A program made the translations under genes and the position numbers. The notes under the pieces were generated by a model that worked only from the letters and a program-made list of their open reading frames with translations, was not told the DNA's origin and ran no database searches. 64,000 bases of DNA, from positions 4,128,001-4,192,000 of the forward strand of contig CAWAIF010000003.1 in NCBI GenBank assembly GCA_963782055.1. The letters run 5' to 3'. Source of the stretch: an uncultured delta proteobacterium. GTDB taxonomy: Bacteria; Myxococcota_A; Polyangia; Polyangiales; Polyangiaceae. Shown here in pieces: positions 63,401-64,000 of the stretch (its first letter is position 1; every line of letters begins with the position of its first letter).

Positions 63401-64000
63401 TCGGGCGGCGCGCGGGGCTCGTCTGGGCCGGCGCGCTCGCCGCGGCCGCGTGCTCGCCGTCCTCGCCCGCCGCGGGTGGGCCCCCCGGCTGGCACGTCGC
63501 CGGCGGCGCCCTGCGCGATCCGCAGGGCCGCACCGTGGTGCTGCGCGGCGCCAACGTGTCGGGCATGAACAAGCAGAAGCCCTACCTGGACTTCCAGCAG
63601 CAGGCGGACTTCGACCGCATGCGGCAGGACTGGGGCATGAACTCCATGCGCTTCCTCCTGGTGTGGGCCGCGGTGGAGCCTCAGGAGGGCGTCTACGACG
63701 ACGCGTACCTGGACGCGGTGGGCCAGCGCCTCACCTGGGCGGAGCAGGCGGGCGTGCTCGCGGTGCTGGACATGCACCAGGACCTCTTCGGCGAGGGCTT
63801 CGCCGGCGGGGACGGCGCGCCGCTCTGGGCATGCGACGCCTCGCGCTACGCCGCCTTCACCCCCACCGACCCGTGGTTTTACGGCTACCTCGACCCCAAC
63901 GTGGGCTACTGCGTCGATCAGGTCTACGTGAACGCGAAGCTCCAGGACGACTACGTCGCCATGTGGAGGCACGTCGCCGAGCGGCTCTCGTCGCACGCCA
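63397..64000 (+). CDS. GH5 endoglycoceramidase-like lipoprotein (partial, runs off window end)
   Basis: Manual translation: lipobox AAAC; LRDPQGRTVVLRGANV, WGMNSMRFLLVWAAVEPQEGVYDDAYL, LDMHQD, GDGAPLWA. Confidence 0.85.

Overview
Very GC-rich bacterial DNA whose gene content points to a myxobacterium, probably Polyangiaceae/Sorangiineae-like (inference). Supporting features are eukaryote-like Ser/Thr kinases, a kinase-AAA-TPR protein, a TonB-fused receptor, an ECF sigma/TPR anti-sigma pair and many Cys-rich lipoproteins. About 55 genes are supportable. They include an OPT transporter, pilT, an acyl-CoA dehydrogenase, a di-heme cytochrome c peroxidase-like protein, a DUF1549/1553-DUF1501 pair, GH15/GH1/GH5 hydrolases, an MFE-2-like plus SCPx-thiolase lipid operon, kinases, a TonB receptor, an ECF operon and a histidine kinase. 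A plastic region at about 36.5-44.5 kb holds gene fragments and a diverged duplication. The top finding is a small SEC-C (zinc-binding) gene at 37352-37593 that can be read as one protein only through two successive +1 frame changes, both at UUU-C sites followed by a rare codon. The first site is conserved in a diverged second copy, and the differences between copies are mostly synonymous in the shifted frame, making this a candidate double programmed ribosomal frameshift. Also notable are apparent widespread leaderless genes (TANNNT 6-7 nt before the start codon), a large palindromic low-complexity element at 29.2-29.8 kb and a shared lipoprotein N-terminal motif (C-G-[GA]-R-T-[GE]-L). Several isolated 1-nt indels may be assembly errors. 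I saw no rRNA, tRNA or CRISPR array. Family assignments come from motif recognition by eye, not database searches.
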